This document shows, one piece after another, positions 14,501 to 29,500 of a stretch of 64,000 bases of DNA. Position numbers and translations under genes: made by a program. The stretch comes from Perna viridis (Eukaryota). The notes under the pieces are model-generated. The model was not told the DNA's origin. It was given only the letters and a program-made list of their open reading frames with translations, and did not search any database. Location: assembly GCA_037379345.1 (NCBI GenBank), contig CM074514.1:31062001-31126000 (forward strand), given 5' to 3'. How positions within the stretch are numbered: position 1 is the stretch's first letter; every line of letters starts with the position of its first letter.

Positions 14501-17500
14501 TGTCATAACAGAAGATACGTTACGGAAAATTAAAGGAAAATATGAAGAGATATAAGTGTCGTATATTAAGATAAGGAAACATCTCAATTCTTACAGCTGA
14601 CAATTCCCTTGAAAAAAAAAAAACTTTCGTTGCTTTCTAATATCAGGAATGGACAAGTTTGAACGTAAAGACATGCCGTGTTTTATAATGCATATGACAC
14701 CATCGATCAATGATCATTTAACATGTACGTAAAAAGAGTCCTTTATAATTGTGACATTGAGGAAGAAAGTAAATCAAATTTGCGAAAGTTAATCTGTTTC
14801 CAACTTAAAATCACATTTCCTTTATTTGTTTCTCAATTGATCACTTCAATCGACTGAATATCTTTATTAGTTTCTATATGAAGGCTATACGGAATCCCTT
14901 TTCGATTTTTTTTGCTTATTGACTCTTGAGCCGGTCTTCGTTACAAGAGCTGTTAATGCATAGTGCCGATCACCTAAATCTACATAAATCAGGATCTTCA
15001 TTTACACAGCGAACTAAGTGAAAAATCATGGACGACATAGCATCTAGCCCTAATTCATACATTCTAAATATCTGACATTATTTTGTCAAATTGGCGAAAT
15101 TTCATTTAAAGGGTATATTAGGTATAATATTGTTTCACTGTGTCAAAGTTATAAATGTACATCAATGGTAAATAAGCTTTATACACGATTTAGAACTCGG
15201 AAGCCAATGGAAAAAAATGAAACACAGATAACGATAACAGATTGACAGATACAACTTATACTGTAAATTCGGATATTATTACATCCATTACAAAATAATT
15301 TACTTGATTTGTAATAATCTTTCCAACTGGTAGTTTCTCTTTGAGCAAATCACGTTATTTCGTTTAAACTGTCTAAAAAATAGAAACATTCATTAATTGT
15401 TCGGTTTTCACCCTGCTATTGGCATTTTTTATACGGACTTTCTTTTGACTATCCTTTAGACTACTGTTTAAATTTTTTCAGCTAAATAATATTGATATTA
15501 CCCTTCATTTATTGTGATTTTGTTATTTCAAATATGTGAATTTACTTATTGTGATATTTAGCACAGTCCAGCTTCAGTAATGAAAATGTTCAATATTTTT
15601 ATCATTACGATTTTAAGTCAATCTCATTTTCCAACAAAAATTATTACCAGAATTACATTGCTCAAATAATGGTTTACTTGTTATCAACTATGTAAAAATG
15701 TAGAAAAATTAATACAGTACACCAAGAGTAATGTCACTTAGGTTAATTAATGTCAGGTTGCAATTTGTCAAAAGTTAAATCGAATGTAAGACATTTTCAT
15801 TTTAATTGGCCGTTATTGACACCATTCGTAAGAGTATTGAATCGAAACTCAGATATTGTACAGCATTAGCCTATGAAACACCATTCAGTGACATTTTAAT
15901 TGAGGATGAAAAATCTGAAATAATGGAATCACTTACGGTTTATCACAGTTACTTATGTCAATGTTGGCCACAGTAAAATACATGGCTTGCACATTGATTT
16001 AATGGACGTTTTTTTAGATATTAAAGTAGCTTAAGACAGCCATCTGTAAGATATAGTACCATTTTATGATAAATGATGTATTTCCATTGATTAGCAATCC
16101 ACAACAATTCTTACAAGTTATGTCCCATTTATACAGCAAGTCTGTTACTAATAGTTAGTTGCAAGCATTACTATTTTTGTTCGTATTGTTGCATTTATAT
16201 TGTGATATACAAACTGAATATAAATTTGCATTAGAATTTGTAAAATTCAAAACAAATTGATTACAAAAGGCCGGTTACCGGGCTTTTGATATTTAAGCGA
16301 CAACATTGTCGCAAATTAAAACAAAATTTGTGTTTTAAAAAAGCTGTGCATAAAGATACAGACTTCATATTTATGCAAATTAATTGCATTTTATTGTCAT
16401 AACCATTTACCAAGTTTTAGGGTTGGAATTAATTAATATATAGTTTCAAAACCATATACACGTAATGCAAATTTACAATGGTGAATTTTAATCAAAGTAT
16501 TGAAGTATCAATGGAGGAGACGGAGATAATAATGGAAATTTGATAGCCAAAACTTGTGATATTAGCTCTTTGTTAAAATAATAACAGCGTTTTTAGTTCG
16601 TTTCCAGCGGTCGATTTTACGTTATTTTGATTAATCCAGTCAATAACCGTCAGATTTTTTCCCATCGGCAGATATAGAGAGAACGTCCAGAGATATCTTA
16701 GTATCCCTTGGGAGATTGCTTCTTTTGATATCAAACTATGACCAATGGAATGTAACAATTAGAAAAAAGTTATCTTTACAATAATACGGTCCAGATTTAC
16801 GTAGATGCAAATGAAATCAGAAAATAACTACTGCTTTGTTCTTTGGCGATGACAACATCGATTGACAAACAAAGGCCCGAGAATTTTAATATTAGCAATT
16901 CTAATAAACAGTGGTCTAATCTTTACCTAAGATAAAGTAGTTTGTGTTTCCTGAACGACGTTTAAAGTATTTAGAATAGCATGTCTAACTAGTGGGGCGT
17001 GATTGTTAACAAATACGAACTTAAATGGGCCCAGGAATATGTCTTACAGAGTGTTGATGTTAAAATCAGCAATCTTCGTTGCGTGCATCGATTCTTGGCT
17101 TGTGAACGTGTTCCGCTTTATTGAAAGTTTTGAAAATGAAATGGATTTTTACCAAGATAATGAAGCCAAGATCAAATAAGGCATAACAACTGATAGCAAT
17201 AGTACCAAACAGGTAACAGGTACGACAATCATATTGAATCCTGTTAAAATGTCTCATTCTAAATATTTTTAAATCCCAATGGCAGATCCAGGAGAGGGCT
17301 CCAAGGGTTGGGACAATTACTTTGTTGGTAATTTTGTTCATTTTGTGCCTAATTTTGTCGAAGTTGAGCAAATGATGGTCTCGTCTTTAATTTTTTATGG
17401 ATCGAAACCCATTTCCCTTTTTATAAATTTCCGCGTCTGCCCCTCATTCTTCATTTATATTTGTCTTTCAGACATGTATTGTCGTAAAATTTAGCCATTT

Positions 17501-20500
17501 TCCACAAGACATGCAGGTGTTGTATTAAAAATCTTGGTCCAGTCGTTAAAGCGCTCATATTTTGACCAAATTATTCAAAATGTACACCTCATGTTCATGA
17601 ATATTTTAAACAAAACTAAAATGATAGGGAAAGATGGATAAAACCCCTTGCTAATATACTGAAAACTTCAATTCAGATTATTTCCTGAAATTTTCATTCG
17701 AAACAAAAGCCTTGGATGGTGTCGTCAGAAATACAGTTTAAGTAGAATTTATAGATATCATTATTGGGATCTGAAAGTTAAGATGAAATAACCATCATTT
17801 GAAATATGAATCAAGCTTTCAAAATACAATTGTACAATCAATTATAACTGTAGATTCTCCTTACTTTATGGACTCACAAAAGAAATCGAAAATCTAAAAC
17901 TAAGCTTATTATACTAAAAGTACTCGCAAAAGATTACATCAATTGCGACATATGCATGCAATTTCCGGCATACAATTTTCTCAATTACTTTTAATCAACG
18001 AAATGTCATTACTTATAATCCGACAGAACCATTTTAATAGAAACAATTTTGAATGAAGAATGGAAACATGGACAAAACATATGTAAAGTACGAACACAAA
18101 AGAGAAGAAAATATGTGTATTAGTTGTATACTTACTTGATAAGACTACTATTAATGTTATCACCAAGGCTATAAGAAGAATAGCTATCACAATACTAGCA
18201 AAAATCCGGGCATTTTTCTGTCTTTGGTCTATCTTCCGAAAGTGCACTTCCGTTTGTCGCCCAGGTCCACCATTGTAACTGTATTCATAGCCAATGTTTT
18301 TATCTTTTTGTACTACGTGTTCGTCATTTTGAAATTTATTCCCTTCTTCTTGGAAAATAGGATTGTCAAAGCACGCCTGAAGAAGAATAGCATTGTGGTC
18401 ATCATTCGTTTTATAGTACCGATTAGAATTATTAACTATTTTTAAAGGTATTTTCCTCATAAAGTGTCCACTCATACTGTATCTTTGGGGGAAATGATGT
18501 CCTGTTCAGAGGACATCAATATCTTGAGACATTATATGAATTGGTATTCCCATAATAATTATTTCTTCATCCAAAATTATCCAAAGTCATAAGTCCCACG
18601 CGAATAATAACAAGCAAGAATGATTGTAACTCAAAGTCCAAAACTCCAGTATGGCGATGTGTTTTGGGCAGCCGTCTATTAGAAAGTTTTGTATTTCACC
18701 AGCCTTTGGCTTATGCATTCAAGGGTACATTATGAAAGATCGATTAAACAAACCTTTCATTGTGTCCACCGATATCTAAACTAACTTACTACCAAATTGG
18801 TATTAAGAATTCTAAATTTCTACACCATTGGGATGAAACTGCATTGTATACACTTGATGCCGGCATTGTGATAATTTAATTTTCTCTATTTCTCCATTTG
18901 TTATAATGTAATTAAAATTTATCACTTATTTCGTTGATTATATTGAACATCAATAAAAGAAGAGAGATCGGAATGGTAATAAGGATAATAAAATCAAGAA
19001 TAACGTCTGCTTGACAATTATCGCGGGAGTTTAAGATGACACCTAGAAAGCTATTGAAGCGCGAGGGACTCCAAAGGTGTCAGCCGTTTCATGAACATTC
19101 AGCCTAAAGACAACAAGATGGTCTATTTGTGGTATTTCATATCTTGTCATATCTTAGATAAGGCGTAACAAGGCGACGATATTGGAAAATGATATGATTT
19201 TGTTCTGATTCGATGCCCGGTAAGATTTATAGATATATCTAACGGCAATAATGTAAGAAATCATTAATGATAGACCTAAGCTTGAAGTGGGGAATCCCCC
19301 CTGCTAGCTTGCCTCTGATGTCTGATTTAATGGTAAGGAGCAAATGTATATTCCCTGAACAATCAAATCAGAGAATATAATAAATAACGAAGAACAACCC
19401 GAATAGTATAGGGGCTTTCACTATTTTAAACTATCAATGGCGAACGAAAAATAAAACTTAAGGGAAAGTATTTTAATTTTCCCACAGAAAATCCCAACAA
19501 ACAGTCGACACAAAGCACTAAATATCAAACATACGACGGAACCAGCATATTCATCTGCATTGGAGACGGCAGTGACTGATGTTACAAATGATAATATCAA
19601 ATTAAAATTTTAATATTCTGAATGAAGTGTTAAATGCAGGGTACATGCCACATTTTAAGAAACTGTCCATTTAGAAAACTGACAGATTATATATGGCCGG
19701 CACACTGTAACTTTTATGCTACTAATTGTTTTGTTCAAATAACAAAACAAAACAAACAAATCAGACAAAAAAAAACAAACAAACAAACAAACAAAAACAA
19801 AAAAAAAAACAGATAAACACACAAAACAAACAAAAACAAAACAAATAGGTGTGTTTGACTTTTAAACAAATAGTTAAAAATTCATTCAGAAAAGTAGTCT
19901 ACCAAACCTCTCTATTAAATATTTCCTTCAGGCTAATTTCTATCTGATGACAGATTTTTGACTTTTGAAGTGGGGAAAAACTGTTAGAGCGGTAAATTTG
20001 TTAATTTATCAATATTTGTTACATGCCTTACAGATCGGTCGACGATTCCTCCGTGTAGGTCGGATGTCGTAAATCTACATACTGGTTGTCTTGACGATAC
20101 GATTCAATTTTTGTTTTAAAATTGAAATATATTTCTTCATAAGCAACTCACTCAAACTTATTGAAATTTGATATCAGACCTTATAATAAATGTTGCGTTA
20201 CAAGTAATCATAGTTAGTATTGTCCTGGTATTATCACATTGTAGGCAACATGAAAAGAATGAAACAATATACCAATGCTTTCAATACGGCATTTTGTTGC
20301 CAACTGAAGTAAAGCCAAGACGCCAGCAAGACATATTATTATGCTTCCGAAAGATAAAAAGATCTCCGAGAGTCAACGATTTAAGTATATGTTGTTTTAT
20401 TAACTTGAAAGATCCCACATCCATATAAAATAAGGAAACAGAATTACAACTGAAAGTTCATTTGTCTGTATGAAATTTGCTTGATAAAACATGTATTTTT

Positions 20501-23500
20501 ACAAAAAAGGCCTTAGTTACTGTATATTGTTCTCTGTTTTAATTGTCTAGAGAGTCCTGCAATGTATTAGTCGAGTGCACTGATTGACAAACATCAAATA
20601 TTTTTCTCCAATTCCTAGCCGGTGATGCCCGTGACTACTTTTAACCACTGGGCAGTAATTGATTTTTTTAGGGAGATGTTTCCAGCCATTTTACATTTTT
20701 TCCAAGTTCTCTACTGCGCGCATGTTGAATATCGTAATTTTTCCATCTTAACTGCATATTAAATGGAAGAGTAGAAACATAACCCTACCCACATACACGC
20801 TTGTTTAATTTGAATGGTTGTATAACCTATATATGTAGTTATTACTTTAAATCTGAATACTTTGTTTATTATTTACGGTTACGGGTTTTGAAGACCATCA
20901 TTTTTTCGCTAACTTAAATACTAAACTGTAAACCACACTGAAATACTTTGAACAACCTTTCCCAGATATATAAACAAAGATATAAAAACAGCTCCATGTT
21001 GTACAAATGGAAATACAGGAACCTTCCCGGAAACAATCAGAATTCCGCTGAATTACATTAGCTTTACTTGAAATAATATATAAAAAACTATTCCATATGC
21101 AGGTTACATTCAGTAGTACAAAACTATAGTTTTTGTGTAATGAAAATAGATATGGTCATTTTTTGGTACAGATGGAACCACAATACAAATCATTTTACTG
21201 TATATCAACATCCTGAATTATTTATACTGTGATTTATGGGTAATGTCATTTATTTGTACAGAGAGACATCGCTGCTTGGCTATTATTTCTCAGGATTAGC
21301 ACTTAGAGGACAAAACCAGGATGTAAATTGTTATTTGCCATTAATGGATGACGAAGTAATGAGTTCTACGACGTACAAAGACTAACTTAGGTCAATACAA
21401 AATTATATCTTTGCATTGTTTCTGGTGACCATCTACGTCAGAGGATGGCCAATGTTCAGATTATATGTTATTGTTTGTAATTTACCACATTCTAGGTCAT
21501 AATTGGATTGTTTCATAACTTTTGTTGTTCCCATATATCGTTTTGGATACTCATTACGCTAGAAGTAAATATATGGTGAGAGATGGTGTACGATTGATGG
21601 GAATCGACAAGTTGTCATATAACACGTATTGGTTATAGCAGAATGATATGTGCAGCAAACAGTTAATTCTCAGTCCCTGTAAGAATCAGACATTAGGTGA
21701 AACATAAAAAAACCATCATTTTGATAGTGTAATTCGACTATTTGCACCATTAAATCATTGAAAATAGACAAGATTTGCCATATCATGCGGTCCATTGAGT
21801 AACAGTTTCATTGAAATGCACTGAAAATGAACATTTCAAGGGCAGATAAATCTGTAAAAAACCTAATTTTTCTAATATTCCATTGAAAAATTTCTGCGCA
21901 AATCAGTGATGCAGAGATCAAATAATGGTCTTTCCAAATAGAGAAAGTATCCTCGAATGATATTACATTGTCAGATCGGTTGGGTTTTGACATGCATGTA
22001 TCTGGTTTATTTTCCATTTTGCCAGATTCTTAAAAATACTTACACTTAACTGTGTACTCAGTCGAACATTTTGCTATTTGAAATTAATACAGAGCTCTGG
22101 ACCTCAAGCAGATGAAGTGAAATCTCAACATCTTTCCTCAAATGTTAATTGTATACTATTCAAAAATATCATTTTATTTTTTTTTACAGAAAACAGCCAA
22201 ATATTGTACTAAGAAATTAATTCCTATCTTTAAGTTGTAAAAAAGGAAAGGAAGCTGCCAAAGACAATCAAATAATGATTTAGGTACAAAAATTCAAATA
22301 AAAAATAAAAATAAAGATATACAATAACACAAAGCCAGGGGTTAAGAAGTTTGGTCCTAGCATAATTAAATAAAAATAAATAAAATAACTAAGGATTACT
22401 AAAAAAAAGTATTACTCGCGTTTGGCTTGCATGTACGCTTATATTTCTAGAATTCTTCTTTAGTCTTATAAATGTTTATATGATATCTCATTTGATTCAA
22501 CCGCAGAGTCGATGAAAGACAAAGGTTTACCCAAAATATGTTAGATAAAAAACAGCAGGAGCTCAAAATTTACTTGACTAAGTTATTATCCTAAAGCTTC
22601 AAGGAGGATCTGTGGATACTAAAGGACTTGCTATTCATTTGAATCAAGTACAAATTAAGTTCATATCATGCAAGCTTCCGCAAAACCATAAGTCATTTGA
22701 ATCAAAACTCAAAAAGACAATAGTTACTCTCTGAGATTGTCGTCGAATTAGACAGACTAATTTTAAAAATTAGACCGTAAGCTAGATTCCATTTTACCCT
22801 TTAACTCGTAACAATTTTTATTTAAAATTTATTTGTTCTAACAGATTTCAAGAAAAATAAGCTTTAATAATCACTATGCAAGTTAAGATTTGAGATCAAT
22901 ATAACACTGCAATATTGAATATTATCCTACATAAACTTTAGTAGTAGTAAGGATGGCGATGCTGGGAAAAGCCTTATGAAAATGACACAGTAAAATGTTG
23001 CTGAGCTTCTTATAACATCTGAGAGAAACTGAGTTATGTCCCTTTCACTTGATGGTTCAAAGGTATTGATCTATCATAGTTTCCATGAAGTACATATCTT
23101 TAGTTACGAATAATATTACTAGTGATAAATTTAAATATTTCCTTCCGCCAAAATTACAAACATCCACTATTTTCCCCCTTTACTACTCTAATGAACTTGT
23201 TTTATAGTTTTCAATTTAGGGTAGTAAAGTATTGTACATGTACAAAATTTATCTGTTTCATATATCACATTTCCGTTTTTTAGTAAGAGTTGGTGATGAC
23301 TTTGCATTCAGTATAAAATGATCATACACTTTACCACCAATATCAAGAACAAACATTGGAACGAATGCCAGAATGCCCATGTACTCCAAAACTCGTATAA
23401 CTGATGATGTAAATTATTGTCCAAAACTCTCCACTCAGTTAAGCTTGTTATCTTCTAATAACATTTTTATGCCGAAATTAATTGGCATGTATGAATGTAT

Positions 23501-26500
23501 GAAGTTGTTCGTCACTGAACCAAATATATATGCACAATACGTACTATTAAAAGTCACTTTGCGCTAAATACGAAGTTCAAGTTCAAAATTCGAAATATTT
23601 ATTTCACCAATCATGGGCCTCAGGGGCCATGATAAAACATTATTTTTTTTACTTTTGTGTATAATTTTAAAATTAAAACGAACAACTACAAATGATCATT
23701 CATACGATAGTGTACTTTGTAAGCCAGTGAAGCAGATAAACTGCACGTTTTTTTGCAATATAGGAGGATCCTATAAAATGATAAATATTGAAATATACCT
23801 TGTTGACACTATTTAGTTATTTATTATAAGAGACAATGTAATATGATATCAAATTCAGATGTTCCAGGTTGTACATTACATGTATATTCAGTTTCTTAAA
23901 GAATTTACACTGAAAATTATTTTGAATGCATCAAAGAGCAGTAACTCCTGTCTTATAAACATCTTTTTCACGATTAAAATAGGACTGATACAAGGATTGA
24001 TTAATGTTAATCTAATGTGCAAAGTATAATATTCCAAAAAAACCCTTACAAACTATGCGAGGTCCAGATTGGCCAACATGATCCTCTATAGTTAAATAAT
24101 TTCATTTTTTTTCGACACTTATAGTGGCCATTTCGCATTTAAACGCCGTTAAGTTCAAATTTATTTCTGTAATGAGGTCTGAACAGCCTCTTCAGCCTGT
24201 ACTAACTATTGTAGTATACGTAAAGGTTATTGACTCATAATATGTAGTTTCCACGCAATTCCAGGATTATTGCACTATTCCGGTGTTCAACACAGACAGG
24301 TGTAACAAAATATCAAAAAGAAAACAAAAAGATGATGATGTGACTAATGTAATGGAAATTGAGTAAATTAACCACGAAATGCTTAATTAATGATGTCAAA
24401 CCTGTTACGAAGGTCTCGATAAATCTGGCTATCATTACTTAGTATATATTATACATGTTTTGCCATAGTGACACAGCTTGTATAATAACATTAACACCAG
24501 GCTTCCAGATGGAATCTTCTAATAATTACAGGCAATGACTTAAAATTGAACATAAAAGAAAACCAGTAACTGTTTTGTTATTAATTGTTTAGATGCATTA
24601 TTTGATCAGCCTGCTTGTATACTAATGGTTGTATCGGATACTAAAATTAGTAGAATAGCTAATGGTCTAACAAAAAATAGGTGAACTGCATTTCTAAGTT
24701 GTGAACGACTAGGAATGTAATTTGCGCTGCCGAGAGGAACATCTAGATAAGTACCAATCGGGCTTAAGAAGTGCACCTACAGTTATGATGGGTGGTCTTA
24801 CGATGACATTTTTATACCTGCTGGGTTGTTATCTCCTTGACATACTCCCACATCAATTTTCGTTCTATTTTAATATTTGATTTACTCATTGCAATGGAAC
24901 TCTGTTCAATAGGTGTCCTTTAGTCAAATATAAAAATACCAATCATATGTATTTCAAATTTCGATACGCTGTACATGTGTTTCAAGGAGTAATCTTTTAT
25001 CAGCAGCATTTAGATTATAAACAAGAAGTACCCAAAACCAAAATTATTGAAAGAGGAAGCCAAATTCAACACTGATGAGTTATACCAGAGTATGTCATAT
25101 AGGAACGACAACACGTGGTGCCATGTTTAACACCAGGAATAAAAGCCTCAATTTTATTCAATTTCAATTTTGTTAAGTTCAAAAACTGCTCAAAAGAATA
25201 GGTAAAAAGATAATTAATAATTAAACTAAAACCACACACTCACAAACAAACAATATAAATAAAAAATCAGTGTTTCATTCCTTCCAGTATAAAACTTTAA
25301 ACATTGTATAAATTCATATATAAAATGTTGTGCACATTTTTATTCTTAACAACTTAGTTAACAATGTCAGGTCTTTGTCCCTGGATTGCATTCTTTTGAT
25401 TACCGCTATAAACTTGGTTCCCTTGATTACTCTTTTAGTCTCGATGAAAGCACACAATAAAGGATAAAAGAAAATACGTTCTCTACTGAGTCTCGAGAAT
25501 CAGTGTTGCATTTTTATGTATAAAACAAATTGAATGCTCAACATGTGTACATCTACAATTTACATCATTCATATCGCATAATTTTAACTTCTGTACAGAA
25601 TGCAGCAAAAAATATTGATACGCCTATATAATTACGGAAATAGTATGGTAAATTAATTAGCATTATTGTTACAACCTGTAAACGATTATCAGATTCCATC
25701 AGGCTGTTGAACTGACGCACTTAGTACAGTATAAGCAACTGTTTAGGTGCATATCATTAATTGGACAATGAGAAAGAGTAATCAAGGGAACCAATGTTAT
25801 AGCGGTAATCAAAAGAATGTAATCCAGGGACAAAGACCAGACATGGAAAACAGAGATACACCACAAAGAACATAAAGTATCACTAAAATCATACATACAA
25901 AGTAACAAAAGCAAATAAGCAACTCGGACTCCACTTAAAATTGGGAGCATGGATCAGGTGTACCGGTAAGTTAAGTAGTTAGCAGTCGTAGGATTAACAG
26001 TAAAGGTCCATGCCAAAACGATCATTAATCGGATGAAAAGTAAGCATTGGGAATAACTAACCTTTACTTTAATCCATCTGAACATGCATATTTCATGTCA
26101 AAAACGTCTTTAATGAAGATCCTTCTTTGAAATATATATACACTTAGTTGGGTTTAGGTACTTTCGTAAAACAATCGATGGCTAGGCCCTGGTGTCGAAA
26201 GGTTTCACAAATTGTTATAAGAATAAACTTTACATCATTAAACCCATGATTATCTTATGGTTACCTTGAAAACAAACAGTATATATCATATGTCTAGATT
26301 GAAATACTTCAATTGGATTGTATGGAGCTTATACCTGGTTATTTACAAACATTACGGATCTGTCAATCATACAAAGCCCAATACTTTAATTAGGTTAATG
26401 GTATATCGTAGTACCCTTTTTTATTTCTTTAGATCAAACAGTTCGCGGCACTTTCTTTACGTTCATACATGTAGGGCCCCTCCTCCGCAATGACATACGT

Positions 26501-29500
26501 ATTGGGATTACGCATCGATCTAGATCGACGTTAATAAATCTGACCGGACTATTGGAAGAACAGAATAAGTGTGATGTACATGTAACCATGCAATGTCTTT
26601 AACCAGAAGGTGTCCAAAATTTGTGATATAACTGATCATCGTTATTCATATAAAGAAAGAAATCCGGTCGTATATTTAAATGATATGTAATTCATATAAA
26701 TCTTTGGAAGTTGAAAAAAAGAAAATGTGTCCCCGTGGCGTATATTTGTATTGGGTTCCAAATAAAAAATGAATTGTTGATATAAAAGTCAGGTGTTTAC
26801 TGAATTATTCGCGTCTGTTTTTGTAAGATAATACACACGTATATATATATTGATGATATGTATCTTGTATATAATAAATCAAAGACAATATATGATACCA
26901 AAAATAAGGTTAACGATATGAGTCACATGTATATAATACATGTGTATCATTACATGTAACTGACTGATCGATATTTTTGGATCGACAAAAATGTAATAGA
27001 GCTTCTAACAATTCTCCTTTTTTCTCATTAACTATATACTTGGTACACATTTTACACAAAACAGAAAACAATTTTAATTAAAATAACATTTCAATATCAA
27101 ATCCATCTTCCAAAGTAAAGAACAATCTTTTGATTCTGCAAGGAATAGCGAACAAAAAAGTATTTACAAGTCGCTTACCAAATTAGCAGAGCATTACACT
27201 TTCATACTAAACTGAATAGAAGTCGCTAAAACTATGGTTACAATTGATTGGAAGGATGTTCGTGCATAGAGTGAAAATTTGTGATTGTGTTACGACCTGT
27301 CAGTACTTAAAATAGATTTTAGAAAGTTCGAAGTACGTGTAATTATAATATCATGCATTACCACTGATTAAGTATGAATACAAATCTATTCAGAAAAATC
27401 CTCAGATTTAAGAAGGGGGACCTAGGGTAAGGGACACAACTCTTAGGAATCATTGGAACGTTTGTATTCATTATTTTATATCAATCTCGTGTAAGCATCA
27501 AAGTGGTTTGGACTGATTTCATTCTGTTTCAAAAGCTTGAAAGGTTTTGGTGAAATTGAATATGTCACTGATTTCATGAGTTATGTCCCTTACCCTATGT
27601 CTAACCCCTTAAAGGACCGACTTGATAAGAGCTTGTAATAATACGGAATCAAAGAAGACCTTTTGATAACAAATAAAATCTAATTTGAAGAAAAAAAATC
27701 GCAGCAATCATTTTGATGGCTAAACTTACTGTACAAAGTACACGCATAACAGATTCATATTTAACAAAATAACTCGACATTGTATACTATGGTTATCAAA
27801 CTGCCCTACTCTTTCAACCCGTGATACCGCGAGAGAAATGATGGTGATGATGATGGTGATCGACGACGGATGTTATGCATTGAACGAGAATGGAGGATGT
27901 TCAGGGTCTCGAACGACAATTCTGTAAACCATTGATAAAATCGTTGAAAAGATTTAAAAAATCCTGTTCACGACCCTCTACATCAACCGGTCATATTCAA
28001 AAGTTATAGTGTTTGACATTCGGTCGTTTGATAGTGTGACAGGGATGAACTTTTATATATGAAATGGTAATACAAGTACATGTATGCAACTGCCAGATTT
28101 ATTACTGTGCACTAACAGACATTGTCCATATATATCAAACGATATCGGCTCTAATGCTGGCGCTGTGTATAGTAAGTGAGCGGGACAAAAATAAATGAAC
28201 GCATACATTTTATCGACATGTACTAACATTCATCAATTTAGTTAAGTACAGATGGGCACTGACTGACATCATAATGAATCAAGCAAAATTATAGTTCTTT
28301 TATAATTACCGTCAAATCACCACCGTAATATCAAACAAAACATTTTAAATATCTGTTTCATGCATAAACTTAATATTATTCGTAGTATGTATGTGATTTA
28401 TATAATTGTATATCTTAAGGAGCAAGTAAGGTTATTCTGAAGTCAAGTACTGTTACACACACATACAAATCTCAATATTTTCATTATATTAATAAATTAT
28501 GAACTGAAACGCTTCTATAGAATGCATTCTTCTCAATATATTAATTCTTTTTTACTCAAATTGTATAATGATTGTGCAAATATGGTTTCAGGGATACATT
28601 CTTTTTTGTGACCTTAACTGTTAAATGCATATTTTATAGTAGAGTATGTGTTAACTTCTCCATTTACATCCCACTGAGGTCTTTCCATTGGTAGGTGGAT
28701 AACAAGATCACGTAAATAGAAAAAAAATATCAAGGTTTTCTACATATTCCTGGGTTTATGACATGCACTTCATGCATAACAAGTTTCACAATTAATTTCT
28801 CTTTTTAAGGTGAGCTTGTGTAAAAAATAATTTTAAACCCACTTGTTTAAAGTAAAAGAAGACATGCATTATAAAGTATTCAAAATATCTAAAACTTTCC
28901 AGAAGCTTATTTTGTTTCGAAATAATGAATATGTTGATATATCTATATATGTGTACGCTCCTTATTTTGATTTCAGAAGAGCCTAAAGATACGAATGAAT
29001 ACTGTTGAATGAGTTTTTAACGGATATTATATAGTTATGGTTGAGGCCATCAATCCGACACAACACTAATAAAGGTTAAACAACAATGACGTAGTTACCA
29101 ATTAATCGCGTCTGTACTTTTTGACATGTGTGAATCAATCTAATTATTCGAGTAACTAACTAAGGGGGTTTTAACATCCTTGACTACCCTGTCGGGTCTC
29201 GCACGGACGGCACAATTATTCGAGCTATTTATTACTTTATTTTTAGTTAAATAACATATTGTAACATTTGGCGCACGATCTGGACGGACTGAAAATGGTT
29301 TAATTTAGCTCAACTGGTCTTAATTTGTCGGTTAAACGGCCGAAGAATGACGATTGGAACAGGTTTAACCGAAAACAACTTCATTTAAGATTTACTAAAG
29401 GTTCTAAAGAACATGGACCGCTCACCTGGAGAATTGAAATCATTTAGTCATGCCATAAAAAACGTCAACTAAAAAGGCCACTATACTTTTATCATTTCTC

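Noticed and set aside
18476-18553. Stop-codon readthrough or selenocysteine extension via the in-frame TGA at 18506-18508
   Set aside because: No SECIS or readthrough context is evident; the strong acceptor at 18377 and the distal exon explain the region more simply.
25699-25950. Hydrophobic ORFs resembling membrane peptides (also 42357-42557, 45716-45952, 54846-55130, 62643-63047)
   Set aside because: All are translations of the T-rich strand of repeat family A, with inconsistent starts and stops between copies.
27179-27211. 33-nt AG...GTAAGC segment as an extra coding exon of the SEA-FZ gene
   Set aside because: It contains an in-frame stop in the required phase 0.
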